Source: Myxococcota bacterium (GTDB taxonomy: Bacteria; Myxococcota_A; UBA9160; JAFDDA01). From it: a stretch of DNA of 64,000 nt. Below, one piece after another: positions 1-10,019 of this stretch; the stretch's first letter is position 1; every line of letters starts with the position of its first letter. The position numbers were made by a program, and so were the translations under genes. The stretch spans positions 3,040,001 through 3,104,000 of the forward strand of contig OZ245817.1 of assembly GCA_965228475.1 (NCBI GenBank), in the 5' to 3' direction. Under the pieces are notes generated by a model. The model did not search any database, was not told where the DNA came from, and worked only from the letters and a program-made list of their open reading frames with translations.

Positions 1-511
1 CCGGGTGACGGCTCCCGCCGGCGGGCTCGAGCCCGGCCCGCGGCGGCGGCCCGCCGAGCAGGAAGTGCACCGCCTGGTCGAGGCGCAGGGGCACCCCGGC
101 GATGTCGTGGAGCAGCCCCGGGTAGAGCGGGCCGGCGTCGCGAACGTCGTTCACGCTCTCGTGGTAGTCGTAGCGGCCGCGGTCGACCACCAGGATCGCG
201 ACGGTGACCAGGAACGCCTGGATCTCCATCCGCAGCCGCGCGGGACGCGCCACGACGACCTTCTGGTCGAGGCGCTGGGAACCGCTCGGGTCGTAGAGCT
301 TGAGAGAGGCACCCCCGCGCAGCCCTCCCCTCCCGGCGACGGTGTTCTCCCAGCCCGTGACGAGCGTGGCGAGGAGCGGGTCCGATGCATCGAGGGGGAT
401 CGGTGCGCCCGGTTCGGCCGGCGTACCGCGGAGGCTCGCGCACCCCGAGCCGAGGGCGAGCACCCCGGCCAGCAGACACACCCGGCCTGCCCAACGCGCG
501 GCGTCGATCAC
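1..511 (-). CDS. Lipoprotein, LolB/DUF4292-like (runs off the left edge)
   Basis: Not in the ORF track. GTG at 511 overlaps the TPR gene stop (GTGA). Manual translation MIDAARWAGRVCLLAGVLALGSGC-ASLRG...VVARPARLRMEI... shows a lipobox-like signal and no stop before base 1. TPR-lolB adjacency is a common synteny. Confidence 0.6.
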   Translation of the reverse strand, partial: MIDAARWAGRVCLLAGVLALGSGCASLRGTPAEPGAPIPLDASDPLLATLVTGWENTVAGRGGLRGGASLKLYDPSGSQRLDQKVVVARPARLRMEIQAFLVTVAILVVDRGRYDYHESVNDVRDAGPLYPGLLHDIAGVPLRLDQAVHFLLGGPPPRAGLEPAGGSRHP

Positions 512-2355
512 TGGGTCGAGAGCTCTCGCTCGAGGGATTCGAGTTTCTGGCGGAGGTCGGGCTGTTCGTTCTCGCGCGGGTCGAGTTCGATCGCCTCGCG
601 GTAGCGCTCGAGCGCCTTCGGCTTGTCGTCGAGCAGCAGGTAGACGTCGCCGATGTGCTCGGAGATCACGGGGTCTCCGCCGGTCAGCTCGGCCGCGCGC
701 TTGAGCGTCCGTAGGGCCTCGTGAAGGAGCTGGCGCCCCTCGGCCGGGTCGCTGCCTTCGAGCAGGGGCAGCGCCCGCATGTAGTAGACCCAGCCGAGGC
801 TGTCGGTGATGTAGCCGTCGTCGGGCCGGAGATCCCGCGCGCGCGTGATCAGGCTCTCGGCTTCGTCGAGCCGCTCGCCGCGCTCGGCCCAGGTGTACCC
901 GATGTAGTTCAGGGCGCTCGCGTTGTCGGGGTTCTTCTCGATCGAGAGGTGCATGTAGCGGAGCGCGTCGTCGAAACGCCCGGCTTCGCCGTAGAGCATC
1001 CCGATGTTGTAGAGCAGGTCGTCGTCGTCCGGCGTCTCCGCGAGCCGCGCCTCGAGCATGGCGATCGCGCCTTCGAGATCGCCCGTCTTCGAGCGCAGCC
1101 GGGCCACGTAGAATTCGAGCGGGCGCGTCGGCTCCGCTTCGAGGGCGATCTGGGCCTGGGCCAGCGCGCGCTCGAGATCCCCGCGCTGCTCGAAGATCGC
1201 GGCGATCTGGCTGCGCGCGTCGGCGTAGCGCCCGTGGCTCGCCGGAATCTTCTCGAAGGCTCGGAGCGCCTCGTCCACGCGGTCCATGCGCTGGCGCAGG
1301 ACCCCGAGGAAGTAGGCGATCTCGTAGTCCTCGGGGCTGTCCGCCAGGGCCCGCTCGAAGCGGTCCGCGGCGCTCGCGTGGTCGCCGGCGTCGAACTCGA
1401 GCAGCGCCAGGCGGATCGCCGAGCGCGCGTCGGCCGGGTGGTGGCGCACGAGTTCCTCGAGCACCTCCCGGGCTTCGGCGCTGCGGCTCGTGGCGATCAG
1501 CGCATCGGCCAGGGCCGCGAGGGTCGCGCGGTGGTGCGGGTACTCGAGCAGGACGTCGCGGTAGACGCCGATCTCGCCCTCGCGGTCCGAGCGGTCCCGA
1601 TAGAAGCGCGCCAGCGCCGCGTAGACGGAGAGACTGTTCGGAGACTGGTCGAGCGCGACGCGCAGGGCCGCCTCGGCCTCGTCCATCTTCCCGAGCTGCT
1701 CGTAGGCCCGGGCCTGGGCGAAGTAGCCGCGCATGTTCTCGGGGTCTTCGGCGACCAGCCAGTCCGCGATCTCGAGAGAGGCCTCGTGGCGCTCGGAGTC
1801 GGCGAAGATGCCGTAGAGCAGGAGCGCCGCTTCCCGGTTCACCGGGTTCCCGTCCTCGCCCTTCAGGATCTCCTCGGCGGGCGCGAACTGGCGGCGCAGG
1901 CGGTGGATCTTGCCGAGGAAGACGCGGCCCGCCGGATCGTCGGGATCGATCTCGTGGGCTCGCTGCGCGTGTTCGAGGGCCAGGTCGAGCTTCCCGCTGC
2001 GCCAGGCCAGGGCACCGACCTTGCGCTGCAGGTAGGCCGAAGCGGGGTCCTTGGCGGCGGCCCGGCCGTAGGCGGCCAGGGCTTCGTCGAGGCGGCCGGC
2101 GAGCTCGTGGTCGCGGCCGACGAGGAAGTCGTACTCGGCGATGGCGCCCGGCCGGATCTCCGGCCCCGGATCCCGGACCTGACCCGGCGCCTCGGCAGAA
2201 GAACCGCCCGCACTGCCGATCGGCTTGTCGAAGGTCGCGCAGCCGACCGCGAGGGAGGCCGCGGCGACGGCCGCGAGACGAAGCGCCCGCGAGGCGCGAG
2301 CGCTCGGGGCGGGTTCGGTTTCTCCACGGATCCGCGGCGGTGCGGGCAGCGACAT
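508..2355 (-). CDS. Tetratricopeptide-repeat lipoprotein
   Basis: Start trimmed to MSLPAPP. Lipobox LAVGC, many TPR helices, and C-terminal ALNYIGYTWAE...YITDSLGWVYY...EHIGDVY typical of this TPR family. Confidence 0.85.
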   Translation of the reverse strand: MSLPAPPRIRGETEPAPSARASRALRLAAVAAASLAVGCATFDKPIGSAGGSSAEAPGQVRDPGPEIRPGAIAEYDFLVGRDHELAGRLDEALAAYGRAAAKDPASAYLQRKVGALAWRSGKLDLALEHAQRAHEIDPDDPAGRVFLGKIHRLRRQFAPAEEILKGEDGNPVNREAALLLYGIFADSERHEASLEIADWLVAEDPENMRGYFAQARAYEQLGKMDEAEAALRVALDQSPNSLSVYAALARFYRDRSDREGEIGVYRDVLLEYPHHRATLAALADALIATSRSAEAREVLEELVRHHPADARSAIRLALLEFDAGDHASAADRFERALADSPEDYEIAYFLGVLRQRMDRVDEALRAFEKIPASHGRYADARSQIAAIFEQRGDLERALAQAQIALEAEPTRPLEFYVARLRSKTGDLEGAIAMLEARLAETPDDDDLLYNIGMLYGEAGRFDDALRYMHLSIEKNPDNASALNYIGYTWAERGERLDEAESLITRARDLRPDDGYITDSLGWVYYMRALPLLEGSDPAEGRQLLHEALRTLKRAAELTGGDPVISEHIGDVYLLLDDKPKALERYREAIELDPRENEQPDLRQKLESLERELSTQ

Positions 2356-2468
2356 GTTCCCGGACGAGGCTAACACTTCCCGGGGCGTATCGGCCCTTCG
2401 CCCCGGCGAATGGAGGGCGAAGCGATGCCGAAGGCCGGGGCCCGACGGGGCCGGGTGCCCGAGAGGCG

Positions 2469-3080
2469 CTAGCGCGTGAGGTAGCCCTGGTCCCGCAGGA
2501 ACCCGACGAGCTGGGCGACCGATTCGTCGACGCTCTGGGTGTTGGTATCGAGCACCAGCTCGGGCTGCTTCGGCTCCTCGTAGGGCGCCGAGATGCCGGT
2601 GAACTCCGGGATCTCGCCCGCGCGAGCCTTCTTGTAGAGGCCCTTCACGTCGCGGCCCTCGCAGGTCTCGACGCTCGCCGAGACGTAGGCCTCGACGAAG
2701 TCGCCCTGGCCCAGACTCTCCCGGACGGCGTCGCGGTCCGCCCGGTAGGGCGAGATGAAGGAGCTCAGCACGATGATGCCGGCGTCGGTGAAGAGCTTCG
2801 CCACCTCGCCGATGCGGCGGATGTTCTCCGTCCGGTCCTCGGGCGAGAAGCCGAGGTTCGCGTTCAGCCCGTGGCGGATGTTGTCGCCGTCGAGCACGTA
2901 GGCGACCTTGCCCTCGGCCATCAGCGCATTCTCGGCGGCCACGGCGATGGTCGACTTGCCCGAGCCCGAGAGGCCGGTCAGCCAGATCGTGACGCCGCGC
3001 TGGGCGAGGCGCTTTTCGCGGTCCTCGCGGGAGACGGTCCCCTCGTGCCAGGTGATGTTGGTCGCCTTCTGTTCTGCCAT
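2469..3080 (-). CDS. cysC: Adenylyl-sulfate kinase
   Basis: WLTGLSGSGKSTIA, LDGDNIRHGL, GLYKKARAGEIPEFTGISAPYE. Confidence 0.96.
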   Translation of the reverse strand: MAEQKATNITWHEGTVSREDREKRLAQRGVTIWLTGLSGSGKSTIAVAAENALMAEGKVAYVLDGDNIRHGLNANLGFSPEDRTENIRRIGEVAKLFTDAGIIVLSSFISPYRADRDAVRESLGQGDFVEAYVSASVETCEGRDVKGLYKKARAGEIPEFTGISAPYEEPKQPELVLDTNTQSVDESVAQLVGFLRDQGYLTR

Positions 3081-3145
3081 GGGGTCCTCGGGTCGCGCTT
3101 GGGGTTGGGCAGGCCGGAGCCTGCGAGGCGGCGCAGCCTAGCGCA

Positions 3146-4366
3146 TCAGTCCCGACGGCGGCGCCCGGCGCCCGGCCGTGCCTCGCGGGCGCGACGCACC
3201 TCCTCGGCCACACGCCCGGCCACGAAGTCGATTTCGGCCGCGGTGTTGAAGCGGCCGATGCCGAAGCGGACCGAGGCCCGCACGCGCTCCTCGGGCAGGC
3301 CCAGCGCCAGCAGCACGTGGCTCGGCCGGGGGTCCGCCGAGCTGCAGGCGGAGCCGGTGGAGAGCGCGACGTCCCGCAGGCCCAGCAGGAGCGTGTCGGC
3401 ATCGACGCTTTCGAACGCCAGGTTCAGGTTTCCCGGGAGCCGGTGCGCGAGGCCGCCGTTCACGTGGACCCCGTCGAGCTCCTTCTCGAGCGCGAGACGC
3501 AGGCGCTCGCGCAGGGCGCCCACCCGCGCGGCCTCCTCCTCGCGCTCCGCGACCGCCAGCGCTACCGCCTCCGCGAAGCCCGCGATGAGCGGCACGGGCA
3601 GCGTCCCCGAGCGAAGGCCGCGCTCGTGCCCCCCGCCGTGGAGGAGTGGCGCGACGCGGATCCGCGGCCGCCGCCGGCGCACGACCAACGCGCCGACGCC
3701 CTTCGGCCCGTAGAGCTTGTGCGCACAGAACGAGACCAGGTCGACGTCGAGCGCCCCGGCGTCGAAGGGGATCTTGCCGATGGCCTGGGCCGCGTCGGTG
3801 TGAAGGGGGACGCCGCGTTCGTGGGCGATCGCGGCGAGCTCCGCCAGGGGCTGGAGGGATCCGACCTCGCTGTTCGCGGCCATCACGCTCACGAGCCGCG
3901 TGTCCTCGCGAAGGGCTTCGGCGAGCTCCGCGGGGCGGACGAGGCCGTCCGCATCGACCCGGAGCTTCGTCGTCTCGAAGCCTTCCCGCTCGAGGGCCTC
4001 GGCGGGGTCGAGAACGGCGGGATGTTCGATCGCCGACACCACGACGTGTCCCCGCGGCTCGCCCGGGCCTGCGGGGGCCGCCGCCCGGGCCACCCCGAGC
4101 ACGGCGAGGTTGTTCGCCTCGGTGGCGCCGCTCGTGAAGACGACTTCCCGGGCCTCCGCCCCGACCGCCCGGGCCACGGTTTCCCGGGCCTGCTCGACGG
4201 CCGCCTCGGCGCGCCAGCCGAACAGGTGGCCGCGGCTCGCGGCGTTGCCGTAATCCTCGGCCCAATACGGAGCCATCGCCTCCACCACCCGCGGGTCGAC
4301 GCGGGTGGTGGCGTGATTGTCCAGATAGATGGGTGTGGAGGGCGCCGCGTCCGGGCTAGGCGGCAA
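3146..4366 (-). CDS. iscS: Cysteine desulfurase (IscS/NifS group I)
   Basis: IYLDNHATT, FTSGATEANN, PLP lysine in AHKLYGPKGVG, catalytic STGSACSS. Exact start uncertain. Confidence 0.93.
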   Translation of the reverse strand: MPPSPDAAPSTPIYLDNHATTRVDPRVVEAMAPYWAEDYGNAASRGHLFGWRAEAAVEQARETVARAVGAEAREVVFTSGATEANNLAVLGVARAAAPAGPGEPRGHVVVSAIEHPAVLDPAEALEREGFETTKLRVDADGLVRPAELAEALREDTRLVSVMAANSEVGSLQPLAELAAIAHERGVPLHTDAAQAIGKIPFDAGALDVDLVSFCAHKLYGPKGVGALVVRRRRPRIRVAPLLHGGGHERGLRSGTLPVPLIAGFAEAVALAVAEREEEAARVGALRERLRLALEKELDGVHVNGGLAHRLPGNLNLAFESVDADTLLLGLRDVALSTGSACSSADPRPSHVLLALGLPEERVRASVRFGIGRFNTAAEIDFVAGRVAEEVRRAREARPGAGRRRRD

Positions 4367-4682
4367 AAGACTCGCCGCAGCCGCAGGTGGTGCTGGCGTT
4401 CGGGTTGTTGATCTTGAACCCCGTCTCCTGGAGCGTATCGACGAAGTCGAGGCTCACGCCGACGAGGTAGAGCGCGCTCTTCTCGTCCACGAACACGCGA
4501 ACGCCGTGGCCCTCGATGACGTGGTCGTTCTCGCCGGTCTGGTCGTCGAAGGAGAGCTGATACTGGAGGCCCGAGCAGCCGCCGCCCACGACCTTCATGC
4601 GCAGGCCGTGGCTTTCCCCCTTGCCATCGCGCTCGAGGAGCTCCTGGATGCGCGTGGCCGCGGTTTCGGTGACTTCGATCAT
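4356..4682 (-). CDS. iscA: A-type Fe-S carrier (HesB/IscA/ErpA family)
   Basis: GGGCSGLQY and NPNASTTCGCGESF motifs. Confidence 0.92.
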   Translation of the reverse strand: MIEVTETAATRIQELLERDGKGESHGLRMKVVGGGCSGLQYQLSFDDQTGENDHVIEGHGVRVFVDEKSALYLVGVSLDFVDTLQETGFKINNPNASTTCGCGESFAA

Positions 4683-4704
4683 GGCGAACCTCCAACAGGG
4701 CCAA

Positions 4705-4732
4705 AGGGTAGGACCGAGCCCCGGGGCGTCAA
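4705..4732 (-). promoter_or_regulatory. Putative sigma70 promoter for iscA-iscS-cysC
   Basis: Minus strand TTGACG-N16-TACCCT, followed by SD GGAGG before the iscA ATG. Confidence 0.5.
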
Positions 4733-4742
4733 GTTTTTGGGG

Positions 4743-5504
4743 TCAGGCGGGCCCCGCGGCCCCCGGAACGCCATCGGCAGGTCGGAGGTGCAAGAACACT
4801 TCCCGGTTGCCCTTCGGCCCCGGGAGACGGCTCTCGGCCCGGCCGGCTTCGGCCCAGCCGAGCGCGCGCGCGGCCTCGGCGACCCGGGCCACGGCGGCGG
4901 CGCGGTCGGCGTCGTCGCGCACCACCCCGCCCCTCCCGACCCGGTCGCGGCCGACCTCGAACTGCGGCTTCACCATCACCAGGAGTTCGGCGCCCGGGCA
5001 GCGCTCGGCCAGGGCCGGCAGTACGAGGGTCGCCGAGATGAACGACACGTCGACGACGACGAGCGCGACCGGCCCGGGCAGGGCGTCCTCCGGGAGCGCG
5101 CGGGCGTTCGTCCGCTCGAGCACGTGCACGCGCGGGTCGCCGCGGAGCCGGACGTCGAGCTGCCCGTAGCCCACGTCGACGGCGGTGACGTGGACGGCGC
5201 CGTTCTGGAGCAGGCAGTCCGTGAAACCGCCCGTCGAGGCGCCGACGTCGAGGCAGCGCTGGCCCGAGGGGTCGATGCCGAGGTCTTCGAGGGCGCCGGC
5301 GAGCTTCTCGCCGCCGCGCGAGACGAAGCGCCGGGTCTCCCCGCGCACGCGCACGGACGCCCCGGCCGCGACCCGCGTGCCGGGCTTGTCGATCGGGGTG
5401 TCGTCGACGAGGACGCGGCCGGCCCGGATCAGGCCCTGGGCCTGGCTCCGGCTCTCGGCCAGCCCTTCCGCGAGCACCCGTTCGTCGAGGCGCTCGCCCT
5501 TCAG
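4743..5504 (-). CDS. tlyA: TlyA-family rRNA 2'-O-methyltransferase
   Basis: S4 domain RLDERV...SRSQAQGLI, FVSRGGEKL, DVGASTGGFTDCLLQ, VKPQFE, GPKGNRE. Start approximate and overlaps the dxs stop. Confidence 0.92.
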   Translation of the reverse strand: MKGERLDERVLAEGLAESRSQAQGLIRAGRVLVDDTPIDKPGTRVAAGASVRVRGETRRFVSRGGEKLAGALEDLGIDPSGQRCLDVGASTGGFTDCLLQNGAVHVTAVDVGYGQLDVRLRGDPRVHVLERTNARALPEDALPGPVALVVVDVSFISATLVLPALAERCPGAELLVMVKPQFEVGRDRVGRGGVVRDDADRAAAVARVAEAARALGWAEAGRAESRLPGPKGNREVFLHLRPADGVPGAAGPA

Positions 5505-7414
5505 GAGGGTTCGGACCCGGTGCCGCGCGCGGCGAGCTCTCGCACGGCGGCGGCAATGCCCGGCGCATCGAGGCCGAGTTCCCCGCGCAGGTCGTCCGGG
5601 TTTCCGTGTTCGACGAGGCGGTCCGGAATCCCGAGACAGCGCACCGGCCGCTCGACGCCCGCCTCGGCCAGGGCCTCGAGCACCGCGCTGCCGAAGCCGC
5701 CGGCGATGGCGTGCTCCTCGACGGTGACGACCACCTTGGCGCGGCGCGCCTGGGCCACGATCTGCTCGGTGTCGAGGGGCCGCGCGAAGCGGGCGTTCAG
5801 CACCGCGACGTCGAGCCCTTCCCCGGCGAGTTCGTTCGCCGCCTCGAGGGCCGGGTGCACGGGCAGCCCGAAGGCCACGACGAGCGCGTCCGCCCCGTCG
5901 CGCAGGAGCTCGGCGCGCCCGACGGGCAGCGCCTTCACCTCGGCGTCGAGGGGCACCCCGTAGCCGGCACCCCGCGGGTAGCGGATCGCCGCCGGCCCCG
6001 GATGCTCGACGGCCGTGCGCAGCATGTGGCGGAGCTCGTTCTCGTCCTTCGGCGCCATCACCAGGATGTTCGGCAGGTTCCGCAGGTAGGCGATGTCGTA
6101 GAAGCCCTGGTGGGTCGCGCCGTCCGCGCCGACCAGGCCCGCGCGGTCGAGGGCGAAGGTCACGTCGAGGTCCTGCAGGCAGACGTCGTGGACGACCTGG
6201 TCGTAGGCCCGCTGGAGGAACGTCGAGTAGATGGCGGCGACGGGCTTCATGCCCTCGGCGGCGAGGCCCGCGGCGAAGGTCACGGCGTGCTGCTCGGCGA
6301 TCCCGACGTCGTAGCAGCGCTTCGGGAAGACGCGGCCGAACAGGTCGAGGCTCGTCCCGTCGGGCATCGCGGCGGTGATGCCGACGATGCGCTCGTCTTC
6401 CTTGGCCAGCTCGATCAGCGTCTCGGCGAAGACCTTCTGGTACTTGGGCGGCCCGGGGCGCGACGGCGGCATCTTGCCCGAGGCGATCTCGAAGGGCCCG
6501 GGCCCGTGGTACTTCAGCGGGTCGCGCTCGGCGGGCTCGTAGCCGCGCCCCTTGGCGGTGATCGCGTGGATCAGCACCGGCCCGTCGCCGGCGTCCAGCA
6601 TGCGCTTGGCGTTCTCGAGCGTCTCGAGCACGACGTCGACGCGGTGGCCCTGGATCGGCCCGACGTACTTGAACCCGAGCGCCTCGAAGAGCAGGCCCGG
6701 CGAGAAGAAGACCTTGACCGACTCCTCGGCCTTCTGCGCCCAGTGCAGCATGTCGCCGGGCATCGAGGTCAGGAACTCCTTGGTCCAGCGCTTGATGCTC
6801 CGGACCATGGGTGCCGAGAGCTTGCGCGAGAGATAGGACGAGAGCGCGCCGACGTTCGGGAAGATCGACATCTCGTTGTCGTTCAGGACGACGAGCAGGT
6901 TCTTCTGCTGCAGATCCCCGGCGTGGTTCAGGGCCTCGAAGGCCATGCCCGCCGTCATGCCGCCGTCGCCGATCATGGCGATGGCGTGGTTCGGCTTGCC
7001 CTGGTGCTCGAGGGCGCGCGCCATGCCGAGGGCGGCGGAGATCGACGTACCCGCGTGGCCGGCCCCGAAGTGATCGTGCTCGGACTCGCTGCGGCGAAGG
7101 AACTTCCCGATCCCCCCGGCCTTGCCGATCTCGTCGAAGCCCTCGCGCCGGCCCGTCAGCATCTTGTGGGCGTAGCCCTGGTGCCCGACGTCGAGCACGA
7201 GCCGGTCCTCCGGCGTGTCGAAGACGTAGTGGATCCCGGTGATCAGCTCGACGGCGCCGAGGCTCGAAGCGAGGTGTCCGCCCGTCCGGCTGATCCGCTC
7301 GACGATCTCGCTGCGCAGCTCCTCGGCGACCTGGGGGACCTGCTCCCGGGACAGCGCCCGCAGGTCTCCCGGCGCATCGATCTCCGGCAGCAGCTTCTTC
7401 TCGGTTCGGCTCAA
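5501..7414 (-). CDS. dxs: 1-deoxy-D-xylulose-5-phosphate synthase
   Basis: GGHLASSLG, DVGHQGYAHKMLTGR, GDGGMTAG...NDNEMSI, DVGIAEQHAVT, IYSTFLQRAYDQ, DRAGLVGADGATHQG. TTG start overlaps the ispA stop. Confidence 0.97.
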   Translation of the reverse strand: MSRTEKKLLPEIDAPGDLRALSREQVPQVAEELRSEIVERISRTGGHLASSLGAVELITGIHYVFDTPEDRLVLDVGHQGYAHKMLTGRREGFDEIGKAGGIGKFLRRSESEHDHFGAGHAGTSISAALGMARALEHQGKPNHAIAMIGDGGMTAGMAFEALNHAGDLQQKNLLVVLNDNEMSIFPNVGALSSYLSRKLSAPMVRSIKRWTKEFLTSMPGDMLHWAQKAEESVKVFFSPGLLFEALGFKYVGPIQGHRVDVVLETLENAKRMLDAGDGPVLIHAITAKGRGYEPAERDPLKYHGPGPFEIASGKMPPSRPGPPKYQKVFAETLIELAKEDERIVGITAAMPDGTSLDLFGRVFPKRCYDVGIAEQHAVTFAAGLAAEGMKPVAAIYSTFLQRAYDQVVHDVCLQDLDVTFALDRAGLVGADGATHQGFYDIAYLRNLPNILVMAPKDENELRHMLRTAVEHPGPAAIRYPRGAGYGVPLDAEVKALPVGRAELLRDGADALVVAFGLPVHPALEAANELAGEGLDVAVLNARFARPLDTEQIVAQARRAKVVVTVEEHAIAGGFGSAVLEALAEAGVERPVRCLGIPDRLVEHGNPDDLRGELGLDAPGIAAAVRELAARGTGSEPS

Positions 7415-8256
7415 ATCGTTCTCCGGACTGCCATTCTCGCGAGCTCTCGCAGGGGCTCGGCGGGCTCCCCCAGCGCTTCCACCAGGGCCAGGGCTTCGGC
7501 CAGCAGCTGCTCGGCTCGCGCGCGCGCCGCTTCCGCCCCTGCGACCGGGACCAGCGACCCCTGTTCGCCCTCGTCGCCGGCGTCGAGCAGGTCGTCGGCG
7601 ATCTGGAAGGCCAGGCCGACGCGCTCTCCGAACCGGCGCAGCGCCTGCAGTGTAGCCGCCCCGGCCCCGGCGACCTGGGCACCCAGGAGAACCGAGGTGC
7701 GGATCAGGGCGGCGGTCTTGCGCAGATGGATCCACTCGATGTCGTCGGCGCTCGGCGGCGCGGTCGCGCCGGCCGCGAGGTCTTCGGCCTGGCCCCCCAC
7801 GAGCTCCCGGGAGCCGGCGGTCCGGGCCAGCTCGCGGGCGGCGGCGCGCGCGGTCGCGGCGTCGAGGGCGTCGTCCGCGAGGAGCACGCGGAAGGCTTCG
7901 GCGAGGAGCGCGTCGCCGGCGAGCACGGCGGTCGCTTCGTCGAAGGCGACGTGCACCGTGGGCCGGCCGCGGCGGAGGGCGTCGTCGTCCATGCAGGGCA
8001 GATCGTCGTGGACGAGCGAGTAGGTGTGGACCAGCTCGACCGCCGCTGCGGCCGCGGCGGCCCGCTCGGGCTGCCCGCCGGCGGCCTGGCAGGCCGCCAT
8101 CACCAGCGCGGGCCGGAAGCGCTTGCCGCCCGGAAAGAGCAGATGCCGCATCGCCGCGTGCAGCCGCCCGGGGCGCTCGCTCGGCGGCGGGAGCTCGGCC
8201 TCGAGCACGGCATCCACCCGCTCGCTGCACTCGGCGAGATAGCCTTCGACATCCAT
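7411..8256 (-). CDS. ispA: Farnesyl/geranylgeranyl diphosphate synthase
   Basis: GGKRFRP, HTYSLVHDDLPCMDDDALRRGRPT, GLAFQIADDLLD. Confidence 0.95.
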   Translation of the reverse strand: MDVEGYLAECSERVDAVLEAELPPPSERPGRLHAAMRHLLFPGGKRFRPALVMAACQAAGGQPERAAAAAAAVELVHTYSLVHDDLPCMDDDALRRGRPTVHVAFDEATAVLAGDALLAEAFRVLLADDALDAATARAAARELARTAGSRELVGGQAEDLAAGATAPPSADDIEWIHLRKTAALIRTSVLLGAQVAGAGAATLQALRRFGERVGLAFQIADDLLDAGDEGEQGSLVPVAGAEAARARAEQLLAEALALVEALGEPAEPLRELARMAVRRTI

Positions 8257-8534
8257 CAAACGGACCCCTCGACGTCGTCCTCGTCGAAGGGGGTCTCGAT
8301 GGCTTCGCCGTTGCGCTCGACGAGCACGTCGATGCGTTGGCGCGCCTCGGCGAGCTGCGTCGCGCACTGACGCGAGAGGGCGACCCCTTCCTCGAACCGC
8401 GTGAGCGATTCCGCGAGGTCGAGCTCCCCGCCCTCGAGTTCGCCGACGATGGCTTCGAGCCGCTCGAGGGAGGCCTCGAACGGCAGCGGCTCCTCTTGCT
8501 TGGCGTTCTTCGCGCTGCGGGTCCGGGCTGCCAT
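8256..8534 (-). CDS. xseB: Exodeoxyribonuclease VII small subunit
   Basis: FEASLERLEAIVGELEGGELDLAESLTRFEEG; lies between xseA and ispA. Confidence 0.95.
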   Translation of the reverse strand: MAARTRSAKNAKQEEPLPFEASLERLEAIVGELEGGELDLAESLTRFEEGVALSRQCATQLAEARQRIDVLVERNGEAIETPFDEDDVEGSV

Positions 8535-8544
8535 GAGGCGTCGG

Positions 8545-8573
8545 ATGCTACCCACCCGCACTTCGCGAGTCAA
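8545..8573 (-). promoter_or_regulatory. Putative sigma70 promoter for xseB-ispA-dxs-tlyA
   Basis: Minus strand TTGACT-N17-TAGCAT, 10 nt upstream of the xseB ATG. Confidence 0.6.
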
Positions 8574-8612
8574 TTGCGGGCAGCCACACAAGCCTTCGAA
8601 ACCAAAAGGGTT

Positions 8613-10016
8613 TCAGCGTTCCCGGCGGTCCGGCGTTGCGCGCGGAAGGCTGGGCGGGCGCGTGACCTCGGCGCCGATCTCGCCCTCGGCCAGGCGGATC
8701 CGGAGTGCGTCGCCCGGGGCGACGTCACCGGGGCGCCGGACGATCGCCTCGTCCGCCTCGCGCTGGACGAGGGCGTAGCCCCGGCCGAGCACGGCCAGCG
8801 GCGAGAGCCCGTCCAGACGGGCGGCCAGGGATTCGAGACGCGCGGTGGGCGCGGACAGCACGCCGCGGCCCGCGCGCGAGAGCCCGGTGGCGGCGGTCCG
8901 GAAGCGGCCGCGGCGGCCCTCGACGAGGCGCGGCCCTTCCCGCCCGAGGCGGGTGCCGACGGCGACGAAGCGCTCGGCCTGGCTCGCGAAGCGCCGCTCG
9001 ACTTCGCGGGCGAGGCCGCGCTGGAGTGCCGCCAGCCGCTCCGCCTGGAGCGCGAGCCGCGTATGCGGGGCGAGCATGCGGAGGGCCGAACGCTGCTCGC
9101 GAAGCAACGCCGCGCTCTCTTCGACGGAGAGGCGGGCCGCCTGCACGAGCCGGTCCCAGCGCTCGGCGAGCCGTTCGCCGTCGGCGGCGCGGTCCGGCAG
9201 GGCGGCGGCCGCGGCCGCCGAAGGCGTGGGGGCGCGCAGGTCCGCGGCGAGGTCCGCGATCGTCACGTCGATCTCGTGTCCGACGCCGCACACCACGGGC
9301 ACCGGGCAGGCGCGAACGGCGCGGGCGACCGCCTCGTGATTGAAGGCTTGCAGGTCCTCGAGGGAGCCACCGCCCCGCACCAGCAGCACGACGTCGACGT
9401 CCGGGCGCGCGGCCACCGCGGCGAGGGCCGCGGCGATCTCCTCGGCGGCGCCCTCCCCCTGCACCCGGGTCGGTGCGAGAAGGAGCGGCGTGCGTCCGTC
9501 GCGGCCGGCGGCGACGCGCAGCACGTCGTGCAGGGCCGCAGCGGTCTCGGAGGTGACGATGCCCACCCGGCGCGGCCGCTCCGGCAGAGGCCGCTTCAGC
9601 GAAGGATCGAACAGGCCCTCGGCGTCGAGCCGCGCCCGGAGCTGCTCGAAGGCGATCTGCAGAGCGCCCTCGCCGCGCGGTTCGAGGGCGCGCACGATGA
9701 GCTGCAGGTCGCCCCGCGGCTCGTAGATCGTGAGTTCGCCGTAGGCGAGAACGGCCATGCCGTCTTCGGGGTCGAAGGCCAGGCGCCGCGCGTTGCCGCG
9801 GAAGAGGACGGAGCGCAGCTGGGCGTCCTCATCCTTCAGCGTGAAGTAGGCGTGGCCCGAAGCGGGGCGGCGCAGGTTCGAGACCTCGCCCGCGACCCAG
9901 ACGCGGCCGACCGCGCCCTCGAGCAGCTCGCTGAGGCCCGCCATGAGCTCGCCGACGCCGAGCACCTGGCGTCCCGGCTCGGCGAGGCGCGCCGGCTCGT
10001 GGCTCCCGCCGTACAC
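8613..10016 (-). CDS. xseA: Exodeoxyribonuclease VII large subunit
   Basis: GEVSNL...SGHAYFTLKD, RGGGSLEDLQAFN, GVGHEIDVTIADLAADLRAPTPSAAA, LSPLAVLGRGY. Confidence 0.96.
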   Translation of the reverse strand: MYGGSHEPARLAEPGRQVLGVGELMAGLSELLEGAVGRVWVAGEVSNLRRPASGHAYFTLKDEDAQLRSVLFRGNARRLAFDPEDGMAVLAYGELTIYEPRGDLQLIVRALEPRGEGALQIAFEQLRARLDAEGLFDPSLKRPLPERPRRVGIVTSETAAALHDVLRVAAGRDGRTPLLLAPTRVQGEGAAEEIAAALAAVAARPDVDVVLLVRGGGSLEDLQAFNHEAVARAVRACPVPVVCGVGHEIDVTIADLAADLRAPTPSAAAAAALPDRAADGERLAERWDRLVQAARLSVEESAALLREQRSALRMLAPHTRLALQAERLAALQRGLAREVERRFASQAERFVAVGTRLGREGPRLVEGRRGRFRTAATGLSRAGRGVLSAPTARLESLAARLDGLSPLAVLGRGYALVQREADEAIVRRPGDVAPGDALRIRLAEGEIGAEVTRPPSLPRATPDRRER

Positions 10017-10019
10017 CGG

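Noticed and set aside
300..345. Apparent frameshift in the left-edge lipoprotein suggested by ORF 151-390
   Set aside because: Manual translation shows one continuous frame from 511 to the window edge.
4743..10016. OLE RNA, since xseA-xseB-ispA-dxs-tlyA is the usual OLE neighbourhood in Firmicutes
   Set aside because: ispA and dxs overlap, leaving no gap, and no oapA-like gene is present.
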